From the IMG/VR virus record IMGVR_UViG_3300036823_000160, positions 1-64,000 of that record: a stretch of 64,000 bases of DNA; one strand, given 5' to 3'. This stretch comes from a virus. The translations under genes and the position numbers were made by a program. Shown piece by piece: positions 8,742 through 17,915 of this stretch. Below the pieces are notes generated by a model that saw only the letters and a list, made by a program, of their open reading frames with translations, made no database searches and had not been told where the DNA came from. Numbering within the stretch: the stretch's first letter is position 1; each line of letters opens with the position of its first letter.

Positions 8742-9040
8742 GCGCGGCGCGAGGACTTCGCGGCGCGGAGCTTAGCGCTGGTCGCGGATCGCTACCCGAC
8801 CACGGTCAGGATCGAGGACAGGCTCGCGGCCGTGTTCGACATGGTCGAGGCATCGACCACGGAACAAGAGCGGACCGCGAGGCCGAGCAGCGCGAGGCCG
8901 ACCGCGAGGCCGACCGCGAGGCCGGACGACAGCGGCGCGCGGACTGGACGCCCGAGCGCGAACTCATGCAGCTCAAGGAAGCGGCCAAGAAGCTCGCGAA
9001 TTCTAACAAGACCAAACCCGTCAGGAAGAAGCCCAAGTGA
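8738..9040 (+). CDS. hypothetical protein, possibly frameshifted mosaic
   Basis: Coupled overlaps at both ends; EQREADRE repeat; the 5' half reads better in another frame. Confidence 0.4.
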   Translation: MSAARGLRGAELSAGRGSLPDHGQDRGQARGRVRHGRGIDHGTRADREAEQREADREADREAGRQRRADWTPERELMQLKEAAKKLANSNKTKPVRKKPK

Positions 9041-9618
9041 CCACCTACGACGACAACAACACGTTCCAGAAGAACCTCACCAAAGCCAAGAAGGCGCTCT
9101 CCGAGATCGAAGTCCGTGCCGGCCAGGTCCGTTTCGATCTGGCCGTATGGGCGCGTGAGTTTCGATCCACGTTCAAGTACGGGACCGCGTCCGAGATCCG
9201 CCAGGGTGACGAGGACTTCATCGATTGTCTTCAACGGCACTTCGACAAGGGCGTGCACGAGGCCCACGGGATGCTCACGCGCGCGATCGCGGGATCGGTG
9301 TTTCGTGACATACACAAGTTCCAGGCCGCCGGCCTACATCGGACCGACTTCCAGATCGTTCAGCTCCGGTTCAAGTCTCGACAGGAGCAGACCGAGATCA
9401 TGATGACCGCCGCGACCAGGAGCCTGACCGTGTCCTCGATCCTGTCGCCGAGACAGCCCCGGCGGCCAACAGCCGCCGATCAGGCGACCACCGACGCGGC
9501 CGAGTTCGCCGAGATCATCCTTCGTGCGTGCTTGAAGGTGCCGCCCGAGATCAAGGCCAAGATCGCGCGCTACATCAAGTCCGAGAACGTGAAGCGTCCG
9601 CTCAAAAGTGTGGCCTAG
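9037..9618 (+). CDS. hypothetical protein
   Basis: GTGA-coupled ORF with coding-like composition. Confidence 0.7.
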   Translation: MTTYDDNNTFQKNLTKAKKALSEIEVRAGQVRFDLAVWAREFRSTFKYGTASEIRQGDEDFIDCLQRHFDKGVHEAHGMLTRAIAGSVFRDIHKFQAAGLHRTDFQIVQLRFKSRQEQTEIMMTAATRSLTVSSILSPRQPRRPTAADQATTDAAEFAEIILRACLKVPPEIKAKIARYIKSENVKRPLKSVA

Positions 9619-9691
9619 CCGTGGCCTCGATCAGGCCCACCTATATCGAGACCTATCCGGCAAACTGGACGTTCACGCACGAGCCGCGGTC

Positions 9692-10144
9692 GTGAGCGAG
9701 ACCGAGGATCAACGCGCGTCGCGACGGCGCCGCGAGGGCGTGGCCAAGGCGAAGAAGACGCGCGAGCGCAAGGCCGCGGCGGACAAGCAGCTCCAGAAGG
9801 ACCAGGAATGGCTCGCGACCTGGCCTAAGGTCGCCGAGACGTACGAGGACCCGTCGCGGGCAATGCACAGACAGGGCTTTAGTAGTGTGCTGCTCCTGCA
9901 CGAACAACCGTCGTGTGTGAACGCTGATCTGCGCCTGCGCCGGTATCGGATCACGGCCGAACTGATCGAGGAGTCGATCGAGGTGTTGCGCGAGCGCTTG
10001 CGCAAGCTCTGGCGCGAGACCGATCGCAACACTCACTACTGGGACACGATGCGCGAGGCCGCGGTCGAGCTCGGCATGTCCTTGAACGAGCTGAGGTATG
10101 AGGATCAGGGATGCGACCACCCGAGGTACAAGAGCGGCTCGTGA
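9692..10144 (+). CDS. hypothetical protein
   Basis: Coding-like ORF; start uncertain. Confidence 0.6.
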   Translation: MSETEDQRASRRRREGVAKAKKTRERKAAADKQLQKDQEWLATWPKVAETYEDPSRAMHRQGFSSVLLLHEQPSCVNADLRLRRYRITAELIEESIEVLRERLRKLWRETDRNTHYWDTMREAAVELGMSLNELRYEDQGCDHPRYKSGS

Positions 10145-10276
10145 TCGACCGCTCGCGTTGCCCGATCGAAGGCTTCGACGCCGAGTCCTTCCCGGACTCG
10201 TGGCGTAGCGACGACACCGTCTCGCGCACGCCACGCCCCGTCTTCGCGTGTTCGCGTACTTGACCAGGGGATGCCC

Positions 10277-10293
10277 ATGGCACGCGTCGCGCA
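10277..10293 (+). promoter_or_regulatory. sigma54-like promoter (ATGGCACGCGTCGCGCA)
   Basis: TGGCACG with GG-N10-GC; GTG 10306 is 14 nt after the C; flanked by TGACCAGGG and CACTGGTCA. Confidence 0.65.
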
Positions 10294-10305
10294 CTCACTG
10301 GTCAC

Positions 10306-11622
10306 GTGACCGAGCTTCGCCCGTACCAACAGATCGCCGTCGAGTCCGCGCTTCGCGAACTCGGCTACCTCGCCGGCGCGGTCGCGGCGCGCCGCTCAAC
10401 CCTGATCGAGGCGGCCACCGGTACGGGCAAGACGACCTCGTTTGCGGAGATCGTTCGACGCGCGTTCGAGCTCGGCGCGCGCCGCGCGCTTGTCCTCGCA
10501 CACCGTCGTGAGCTCGTCGACCAGGCGCTCGCGCGGCTGCTTGCGGCCGGGCTCGACGCGGCGATCGAGCGCGGCGCGCGCTCGGCCGCTGGCGCGCGTG
10601 TGGTCGTGTCGTCGGTGCAGACGATCACGCGCCGGCTCGATAAGTACGGCCCGGGCGCGTTCGACGTCATCGTCATCGACGAGTGTCATCACGCACCCGC
10701 TCCCGGCTACCTCGGCGTATTGGGGCACTTCTCATCCGCGCGCGTACTCGGCGTGACGGCGACGCCAGACCGCGCTGACGGTGCCGCGCTCGGCGCCGTG
10801 TTCGAGAGCGTGGCCGCGCGCTACGGCATCTCGGAGGCCGCGCGCGACGGCTACCTCGCGCGTGCGATCGGGCTCCGCGTCGAGGTCCCTGGGATGGACC
10901 TGTCGAAGGTGCGCCGGCGCGTGCTCGCGCCGCGCGAGACTTCGAGCCTGCATGCCATGCGCGACGCGGTCGACCTGCACCCAGGTGACCTCGGCCGCGC
11001 GGCGCTCTCGCCCGAGGCCGTCGAAGGCGTGGCTGGTCCGCTGCTTGATCTTGCCAGCGACCGCCGAACGATCCTGTTCGCCGTCAACCGCGCGCATGCC
11101 GCCGCGATCGCGGTCGCGCTCTGCGCTCGGCGCGCCGGCTGCGCGCGCGCAGTCTGGGGCTCGAGCCCGACCCGCGCCGATGATATCGCGGCGCACCAGG
11201 CTGGCGAGTTCCAGTTCCTGGTCAACGTGATGGTGCTGACCGAGGGCTACGACGACCCGGCGATCGCGTGCGTTGCGATGGCGCGCCCGACCCAGTCGCG
11301 CGCGCTCTACGCACAGGCGTGCGGACGGGGCCTGCGCCTGCACCCCAGCAAGGTCAACTGCCTGATCCTCGACTTCGTTGGTGTCAGCTGCGAGCACGAC
11401 CTGGTAGGGCCCGAGGACGTGCTCGGCGGTGCGCTCCTCGGACCGGTCACGCGCCCGTCCTCGAGCTCTGCGCCTGACGCGGCACCGATACCCTACGCGC
11501 CGGCGCCGACCTGGCGCGCGCGGTTCAAGGCGGCTGCGGTGAAGCTCCTGCGTGGCGGAGTGCGCGCCGCACGGCGCGCGGGCCAGTTCCTGTCCGAGCT
11601 CGTGGCCCTCATCGGCAAGTAG
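10306..11622 (+). CDS. SF2 DEAD/DEAH-box helicase
   Basis: LRPYQ, ATGTGKT, DECHH, TATP, LTEGYD, QACGRGLR. Confidence 0.95.
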   Translation: MTELRPYQQIAVESALRELGYLAGAVAARRSTLIEAATGTGKTTSFAEIVRRAFELGARRALVLAHRRELVDQALARLLAAGLDAAIERGARSAAGARVVVSSVQTITRRLDKYGPGAFDVIVIDECHHAPAPGYLGVLGHFSSARVLGVTATPDRADGAALGAVFESVAARYGISEAARDGYLARAIGLRVEVPGMDLSKVRRRVLAPRETSSLHAMRDAVDLHPGDLGRAALSPEAVEGVAGPLLDLASDRRTILFAVNRAHAAAIAVALCARRAGCARAVWGSSPTRADDIAAHQAGEFQFLVNVMVLTEGYDDPAIACVAMARPTQSRALYAQACGRGLRLHPSKVNCLILDFVGVSCEHDLVGPEDVLGGALLGPVTRPSSSSAPDAAPIPYAPAPTWRARFKAAAVKLLRGGVRAARRAGQFLSELVALIGK

Positions 11623-11664
11623 GCATTCCCTGGTCACCCGGCGGGATCCCGGCCACACTCCGAG

Positions 11665-13569
11665 GTGGCCTGCAAGTGCCCATTCCCTGGTCTTGGTACG
11701 TGTCTGTGCCCGATCGAGCCTGCGATCATCACTGCGCCTGCAGCCGCGCCCGCGAAACCCGCGCGTGTCGTCGTGTTGGTCCCGGTGGCCCCGGTGCCGG
11801 TCTCGGTTCCCGTATCCGTTGCGGCACTCGCGCCGGATCCCGACCCGGTCGCCGAACCGGAGCCGGTCGAGCACCAGGTCTCATTCGAGGCGTGGGCGCG
11901 CGAGAAGATGCTCACGGCCGAGGGTCGCGCCGAGCTCGAGCGTGTTGTCGCCGCGGCGCGCGCGCGCTGGAGCTTTGCTGAGTTCTTCCGACAAGCGTGG
12001 AACGTCGTCGAGCCCAGCACCGAGCTCGTGTGGAACTGGCACCACCTACTGCTGTGCACCGTGCTCCAGGTCCTGTTCATGGACTGGCTCTCAGCGAAGA
12101 CGCACCGCAACTACATCAACCTTGTCAGGAACGTCATCGTCAACATCCCTCCCGGGACGTCAAAAAGTAAGGTGATTTCCGTTTGCTTCATGGCGTGGTG
12201 CTGGATCCACGCGCCGGGGATGAAGTTCATCGCGCTCTCGGTCAACGACGACGCGACGATGCGAGACGCGCGCGACGCTCGCATGCTGATCCAGTCGCCG
12301 TGGTTCCGAGCCTCGTTCGGAATCCAGTGGATGCTCAAGGCCGATCAGGACGCGATTTCGAACTTTGGAAACACGGCCGGCGGAGAGCGCCTGTCGATGC
12401 CATCGAAGTCAGAGATCGTAGGACTTCGGGCAGATTGCCTGATCAACGACGACCCGAACAACCCAAAGAAGTCCGAGAGCAAGAAGGAGCGCGACGAGGT
12501 CAACGAGCTCTGGACCACGAACCAGTACAACCGCGTCAACGACGCGGCGCGATCGCTTCGCATCGGTGTCCAGCAGCGCACGAACGACGGGGACTGGACC
12601 GGGTTCGTGCTCGAGCAACAGCTCGCGTGGTCCCCCGAGAACCCGCACGGGTGGCTGCACGTGATCATCCCGGCCGAGCTCGAGCTCGACCGGAAGTTCC
12701 GGCTGCCCGAACCGATTCGCGCGCTGGTCGCGGAGTACATGCCCAACATCGAGGTCCTGCTCGAGGACCCGCGGACGATCGAGGGTGAGACCCTCGACAA
12801 GGAACGCCTGCCCAGTGACGTTCTCGCCTCGTACCGGAAGCTCTGGGACGGCACCGGAAACTACGCCGGCCAGATGCAACAGCGGCCCACGATGGTCGCG
12901 GGCGGTGCCGTACAGCGCACCTGGTTCAACTTCTGCCGGCTTGCTGCTGGCGTGCGTGACCATGTAGATGAGGTCGAGACCGGACGCCCGCGGCCCGCAC
13001 ACTGCCACGACGGCGATGCGCAGGTGGTTCATGCGGCTCCCCTCACCCCCGATCGCTGGCACTTCGATTGGATCACGATCTCGATTGATCCCGCGCTCAA
13101 GAAGACGGACCGCGGTTCAAACTGGGGTCTGCTCGTCGTCGCCGGAAGGGGCGGTCGGCGGTACGTGCTTGATGATCGGACGAGGCGCGGCGCGCTCCAC
13201 GAGATTATCGGAGTGCTCAAGGAGATGATCCGGTTCTGGGAACCGGACACAATCCTGATCGAAGCCAAGGCCGCCGGCGACAGTGCGATGGACACACTAC
13301 GAGAGGCGATGGGAGACGGTGATCTCCCGATGGTCTCGATCGAGATGGTCGACACCGGGAGCGAGGACAAGGAGCAGCGGCTGACCGCCGTGACTCCGTA
13401 CCTCAAGAACGGGATGGTCTACCTGCTCGATGGCGCGACCTGGCTCGAGGCGTTCGTCGAGGAGCTCGCGATGTTCCCAAACGGCAAGCGCGACGATCGC
13501 GTGGACGCGCTGTCGCAGGTGCTCTCGCACTCGCGCCCGGTGGACGACGGCGGTCTTCCAGGCTGGTGA
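11665..13569 (+). CDS. terL: terminase large subunit (start uncertain; Cys/Pro-rich N-terminal extension)
   Basis: NIPPGTSKS Walker A, LINDDP Walker B, QMQQRP, SIDPA, IEAKAAG, DDRVDALSQ nuclease motifs. Confidence 0.9.
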   Translation: MACKCPFPGLGTCLCPIEPAIITAPAAAPAKPARVVVLVPVAPVPVSVPVSVAALAPDPDPVAEPEPVEHQVSFEAWAREKMLTAEGRAELERVVAAARARWSFAEFFRQAWNVVEPSTELVWNWHHLLLCTVLQVLFMDWLSAKTHRNYINLVRNVIVNIPPGTSKSKVISVCFMAWCWIHAPGMKFIALSVNDDATMRDARDARMLIQSPWFRASFGIQWMLKADQDAISNFGNTAGGERLSMPSKSEIVGLRADCLINDDPNNPKKSESKKERDEVNELWTTNQYNRVNDAARSLRIGVQQRTNDGDWTGFVLEQQLAWSPENPHGWLHVIIPAELELDRKFRLPEPIRALVAEYMPNIEVLLEDPRTIEGETLDKERLPSDVLASYRKLWDGTGNYAGQMQQRPTMVAGGAVQRTWFNFCRLAAGVRDHVDEVETGRPRPAHCHDGDAQVVHAAPLTPDRWHFDWITISIDPALKKTDRGSNWGLLVVAGRGGRRYVLDDRTRRGALHEIIGVLKEMIRFWEPDTILIEAKAAGDSAMDTLREAMGDGDLPMVSIEMVDTGSEDKEQRLTAVTPYLKNGMVYLLDGATWLEAFVEELAMFPNGKRDDRVDALSQVLSHSRPVDDGGLPGW

Positions 13570-13638
13570 TGGTGTCGCCGCGTGGCGACACCGTATAACG
13601 AACAGCACGCGATCATGACCAGTGATCAACTGGTTCGC

Positions 13639-13655
13639 GCGGCACGCATCGCGCA
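13639..13655 (+). promoter_or_regulatory. sigma54-like promoter (GCGGCACGCATCGCGCA)
   Basis: GG-N10-GC; ATG 13670; upstream CCAGT-N5-ACTGG palindrome at 13619-13633. Confidence 0.55.
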
Positions 13656-13669
13656 GTAGCGCCTGGGAC

Positions 13670-14443
13670 ATGCAGATTCAGACCGACGTCCTCCAAGTGC
13701 TGTCCACCGTCTCGATCAACGGGAACCTCGCTCGCATCACCGCAGGTGACCTCGATCTCAGGCTCTACCAGCGCGTCGACAAGGTGCTCCAGGCCCTCGG
13801 CGGGAAGTGGGACCGGCGCCAGCGCGCGCATGTGTTCCCGGACTCGCCGAGCCAACGGTTCGAGCTCGCGCTCGCGACGGCCGAGGTCACGACGGACCAG
13901 GAACTCGGCTGGTTCCCGACGCCCGACAAGGTCGCGGACCAGGTCGTGAAGCTCGCGCAGATCGAGGACCGGCACGAGGTACTCGAGCCGAGTGCCGGTC
14001 GCGGCGCGCTCCTGGAAGCGATCGCACGCTCGGGCAAGAAGCCTAACGTCGCCCTGATCGAGTTCGATGATTGTCGATGTGGGTATCTGCTGGGGCTCGT
14101 CGGCCCTTCGCGCCGGATTACCGTCAAGAACAGAGACTTCCTCGCGGTCAAGTTCATGCACGACTTCGATCGCGTCGTGATGAACCCGCCGTTCTGCAAG
14201 GTCGGACGCGGCGACCACCTCGACCATGTGCGGCGCGCGTTCGAGCTCCTGGTCTTCGGTCGCGACGCGCGCCTGGTCGCCGTGCTGCCGCGCTCGATCA
14301 CGTTCCGCCAGGACCGGCGGCACATCGAGTTCCGCACCTGGTACGAGCAGCTCGGCGGCGAGGTCAGCACGCTGCCGGAGGGCGCATTCAAGGAGTCGGG
14401 TACTGGCGTGCATGCCGTCATCCTCGTCCTGGTCAAGCGCTAG
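13670..14443 (+). CDS. N6-adenine-type DNA methyltransferase
   Basis: FPTP, VLEPSAGRG (SAM binding), MNPPF, F..SGT. Confidence 0.9.
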   Translation: MQIQTDVLQVLSTVSINGNLARITAGDLDLRLYQRVDKVLQALGGKWDRRQRAHVFPDSPSQRFELALATAEVTTDQELGWFPTPDKVADQVVKLAQIEDRHEVLEPSAGRGALLEAIARSGKKPNVALIEFDDCRCGYLLGLVGPSRRITVKNRDFLAVKFMHDFDRVVMNPPFCKVGRGDHLDHVRRAFELLVFGRDARLVAVLPRSITFRQDRRHIEFRTWYEQLGGEVSTLPEGAFKESGTGVHAVILVLVKR

Positions 14444-14454
14444 TGCGGCGCCCG

Positions 14455-14480
14455 AGAAGCGAGGGACTGGGTCAGGGGTT
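14455..14480 (+). promoter_or_regulatory. ECF-type promoter (AGAAGC-N17-GTT)
   Basis: Motif member; GTG 9 nt downstream. Confidence 0.65.
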
Positions 14481-14489
14481 CGCTCTAGG

Positions 14490-16766
14490 GTGTCGAACAA
14501 GAAATCGCGGCCTGAACGGCGCGCCGGCGGTCCCAAGGTCGACGACCGCGAGCCAGTCCTGCGCGTGTACTTCGGAGAGGACGAGATCCACGTCGACCTG
14601 TTCGCTGGCGGTGGTGGCGCGTCGGTCGGCGCCGCGCTCGCGACCGGCCGCTCCCCCGACGTCGCGGTGAACCACTCGCCAGTCGCGATCGCGATGCATC
14701 GCGCAAACCATCCCACGACCCGGCACTACATCGAGGACGTGTACGAGGTCGACCCGCGTGTTGCGACTCGCGGTCGGCAGGTCGCGTTACTTTGGCTATC
14801 CCCGACCTGCACGCACCATTCGAAGGCCAAGGGTGCCGCACTCGTCGACCGCAAGATCCGCGGCTTGTGCTGGTCTGCGTTGCCGTGGATCAAACACTGC
14901 CGCCCGCGCGTGATCATCCTCGAGAACGTCGAGGAATTCGCCAAGTGGGGACCGCTCCATCGCCAGCACACGGACGGGTGCGAAGGCGTGAAGTGTGCCA
15001 AGGGGTGTCGATTCGGCACGATGCCCAAGAACCGTCGTGGCAAGGGTCGCATCAAGCACCACGACAAGGGCTGTCCCGGCGTCGAGTGCTCATCCAGGTG
15101 CCGCATCGATCGCCCAATCAAAGCGCGCGAGGCCGAGACCTTCAACGCGTTCGTCGCGAAGATCCGCTCGAAGGGTTACTCGGTCGAGTGGAAGTTCCTG
15201 CGCGCGTGTGACTACGGGGCGCCCACCACGCGCCGGCGCTTGTACATGGTAATGCGCGCGGACGGCCAGCCCGCGAGTTGGCCCGAGGTCACACACGGCC
15301 CGGGACTCGTGCCCTATCGCACCGCGGCCGAGTGCATCGACTGGTCGATCCCGTGCCCGTCGATCTTCGACCGTGAGCGGGCGCTCGCGGACAAGACGAT
15401 GGCGCGGATCGCGCGCGGCGTCCGCAAGTTCGTGATGGAGAGCGAGCGCCCATTCATCGTGCCGGTGAACCACGGCGGTGTCGGACGTCGCGACCTACGC
15501 GTTCACGATTCGGCCGCGCCGATGCCCACGATCACCGGTGGTCAGCGCGGCGGACACGCGGTCGTGGTGCCGATCGTGACGAAGGCCAAGACCCACGGCG
15601 GCGGCAACGGCGTGCACTCGGGCGCAGAGCCGCTAGGAACCGTGACCGCGTCGAAGCGAGGGGAGTTCGCGCTTGCGTCCGCGACGCTTGTTCGCGCCGG
15701 CGCCACGGGTAATTTCCTCGTGTCCCCGGTCGTGGTCCCGGCCACGCACGGCGACTCGCGCGGCCAGCCTGACTCGCGCACGCACGGTGTCGACGAGCCG
15801 CTCCGCACGATCACGACGCTCGGCGCGCAGTTCTCGATCGCGTCTGCCGTTCTGGTTCGCACTGCTCATGGCGATGTCGACGCGTCCGGTAAGCGACGTG
15901 GTCCCGGCGAGCACACGGTCGAAGCTCCGCTCGGTACCGTGTGCGCCGGCGGCACCGATCACGCGATCGCCGCCGCGTATATGGTCCACCGTTCGAACGG
16001 CGAGCGACCGGGTCAGGCGCCGCGCGTCTACGACGTCGAGGACCCACACCCGACCGTTGTCGCCGAGGGGCTCAAGACCGCTGTGTGCGCAGCGTTCCTC
16101 GCCAAGCACAACGGCGGATCGCACGAGAGCAAGAAGGGCGGCCAGGCGGTCACCGCGCCCGCAGATACGATCTCGGCACAGGATCAGAAAGCGGTCACGG
16201 TCGCGCACCTCGTTCGCTACAACAGCGAGAACTCGGCCGCGTCCGCGCGCGGTCAGAGCGCCGACACGCCGGTCTCGACTCTCGATACCGCGAACCGGGT
16301 CGCGGTCGCGACCTCGCACCTGATGAAGCTCCGCGGCACGAGCCCTGCGCACGTCGCATCAAGTTCGCAAGCGGTGGACGCGCCCGCGCCGACGATCTCG
16401 GCCGAGGGCACGCATGTCGCCGAGGTGCGTGCGTTCCTGGTCCGGTACAACGGGCAGTCCGGCCCGCAGAACGTGGACGCGCCCCTCGGCACGCTCGACG
16501 CGACGGATCGGTATGGGCTCGCGACCGTGGTCATCGGCGGGGAGCTGTACGAAATCGTCGACATCGGGATGCGAATGCTCACGCCGCGCGAGCTGTTCGC
16601 TGCACAGGGGTTCCCTCCCACATACCAGATCGACCCCGTCGGCCCGAAGGGTAAGCGCCTGACCAAGACCGAGCAGATCCGCGCGTGCGGGAACTCGGTG
16701 TGTCCGCCGGTAGCTCGCGCGCTCGTCGAAGCCCAGTTCGCGCCGCAGCGCACCGTGGCTGCGTGA
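14490..16766 (+). CDS. C5-cytosine DNA methyltransferase
   Basis: DLFAGGGG, SPTC, ENVEEF, YGAPTTRRR, RMLTPREL..QGFP, GNSV. Confidence 0.95.
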   Translation: MSNKKSRPERRAGGPKVDDREPVLRVYFGEDEIHVDLFAGGGGASVGAALATGRSPDVAVNHSPVAIAMHRANHPTTRHYIEDVYEVDPRVATRGRQVALLWLSPTCTHHSKAKGAALVDRKIRGLCWSALPWIKHCRPRVIILENVEEFAKWGPLHRQHTDGCEGVKCAKGCRFGTMPKNRRGKGRIKHHDKGCPGVECSSRCRIDRPIKAREAETFNAFVAKIRSKGYSVEWKFLRACDYGAPTTRRRLYMVMRADGQPASWPEVTHGPGLVPYRTAAECIDWSIPCPSIFDRERALADKTMARIARGVRKFVMESERPFIVPVNHGGVGRRDLRVHDSAAPMPTITGGQRGGHAVVVPIVTKAKTHGGGNGVHSGAEPLGTVTASKRGEFALASATLVRAGATGNFLVSPVVVPATHGDSRGQPDSRTHGVDEPLRTITTLGAQFSIASAVLVRTAHGDVDASGKRRGPGEHTVEAPLGTVCAGGTDHAIAAAYMVHRSNGERPGQAPRVYDVEDPHPTVVAEGLKTAVCAAFLAKHNGGSHESKKGGQAVTAPADTISAQDQKAVTVAHLVRYNSENSAASARGQSADTPVSTLDTANRVAVATSHLMKLRGTSPAHVASSSQAVDAPAPTISAEGTHVAEVRAFLVRYNGQSGPQNVDAPLGTLDATDRYGLATVVIGGELYEIVDIGMRMLTPRELFAAQGFPPTYQIDPVGPKGKRLTKTEQIRACGNSVCPPVARALVEAQFAPQRTVAA

Positions 16767-16791
16767 AAGCTCGCGCGCGCCGATCGGGGTT
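16765..16791 (+). promoter_or_regulatory. ECF-type promoter (GAAAGC-N18-GTT)
   Basis: Motif member; overlaps upstream TGA; GTG 9 nt downstream. Confidence 0.7.
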
Positions 16792-16800
16792 CTGAGCCAG

Positions 16801-17103
16801 GTGAGGATCGACTTCGTCGTGTACGCACAGTTCATGGCGCGCTGGACGCGCGCTGAGCAGGCTCGGCTTGCCGAGCTCGAGCGCGGTCACACGCTTACGC
16901 AGTGTCCTTTCGTGGACGCGATCCTGTCCGGCGTGATCACGGATCCGCTTCAGGCGAGCGCCATCAAGATGCGCGAGGATCGGATCGCCGCTGATGCGAG
17001 CCACGGGAGCGCCATCGAGCGCTATACGTACCGTGGTGGTCGGCTCCAGGTCTCGCCCGACAGCGTGCTGTGGGGCGAACTTGTAGTGGCCGGGACGATC
17101 TAG
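16801..17103 (+). CDS. hypothetical protein
   Basis: ORF directly after the promoter. Confidence 0.65.
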   Translation: MRIDFVVYAQFMARWTRAEQARLAELERGHTLTQCPFVDAILSGVITDPLQASAIKMREDRIAADASHGSAIERYTYRGGRLQVSPDSVLWGELVVAGTI

Positions 17104-17149
17104 AGCCACTAGGACATCTAGGTGCGCGCCCGCATTCGAGGTTTGCGCA

Positions 17150-17175
17150 GGAAGTGGCAGTAGCCCGGCGCGGTT
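17150..17175 (+). promoter_or_regulatory. ECF-type promoter variant (GGAAGT-N17-GTT)
   Basis: Intergenic, upstream of the nuclease/primase genes. Confidence 0.5.
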
Positions 17176-17264
17176 CAGGGTCTGGCCCGTGCTCGGAAAC
17201 CGCCGCTCCTTCGTCCGCTCCCCGGACGCGCGCTACGGTGACCGGCTGTGACCAGGGACGACGC

Positions 17265-17915
17265 ATGACCATGCCCCCGGCGCGTATCCCAGCCATCCCG
17301 ACGACGTACAACGGGGTCAACTTCCGATCACGGCTCGAGAGCCGCTGGGCCGCGTTCTTCGACCTGGTGGGATGGCGCTGGTCATACGAGCCGCTCGACC
17401 TCCCTGGTCGCATCCCAGACTTCGTCATGCACTTCGTCGACCCGACGATCATCGAGTGCAAGCCGGCGTTCTCGGTGTCCGAGCTCGCCGAGCAACGGCG
17501 GGCGATGGTTCGGTCGGCGGCGGGCTGGTTGACCGTCGAGGCCGAGCGCGAGCTCCGTCAGCTTGACCGAGCCCCCTATCGCGAGGGCGATCTCACCAGG
17601 ATCGACGCGCTCGTGGAGCACCTGAGCGCCGTCCGCGACCGTGGCGAGAACCCCCGCACGGGGCGGCGGGCGCTGGTTGTCGGTTCCCGCTTGTTTTCGA
17701 CCGGTCCGGGTGACGAGTTCATCTCGCCCGACGGCGAGTGCGTGTTCGCGCGTTGTCACGGTTCGGACGGTCACGTAGCTCTCATGCTTCACACCAGGAC
17801 CTGCATCGCCTGTGGGCGCGATGTCGATTTCGCCCGCCGACATCACGATGTCCCGCGTGACGTGAACGCGTGGTGGACCGAGGCAGGTAACAAGGTGCAG
17901 TGGAAGCCCTCGTGA
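17265..17915 (+). CDS. PD-(D/E)XK-type nuclease
   Basis: TTYNGVNFRSRLESRWA, YEP, IPDF, IECK. Confidence 0.8.
   Translation: MTMPPARIPAIPTTYNGVNFRSRLESRWAAFFDLVGWRWSYEPLDLPGRIPDFVMHFVDPTIIECKPAFSVSELAEQRRAMVRSAAGWLTVEAERELRQLDRAPYREGDLTRIDALVEHLSAVRDRGENPRTGRRALVVGSRLFSTGPGDEFISPDGECVFARCHGSDGHVALMLHTRTCIACGRDVDFARRHHDVPRDVNAWWTEAGNKVQWKPS

Noticed and set aside
11638-11654. GG-N10-GC upstream of terL (also at 9623 and upstream of the holin) as sigma54 promoters
   Set aside because: Poor match to TGGCAC and GCA; bare GG-N10-GC is frequent by chance at this GC content.
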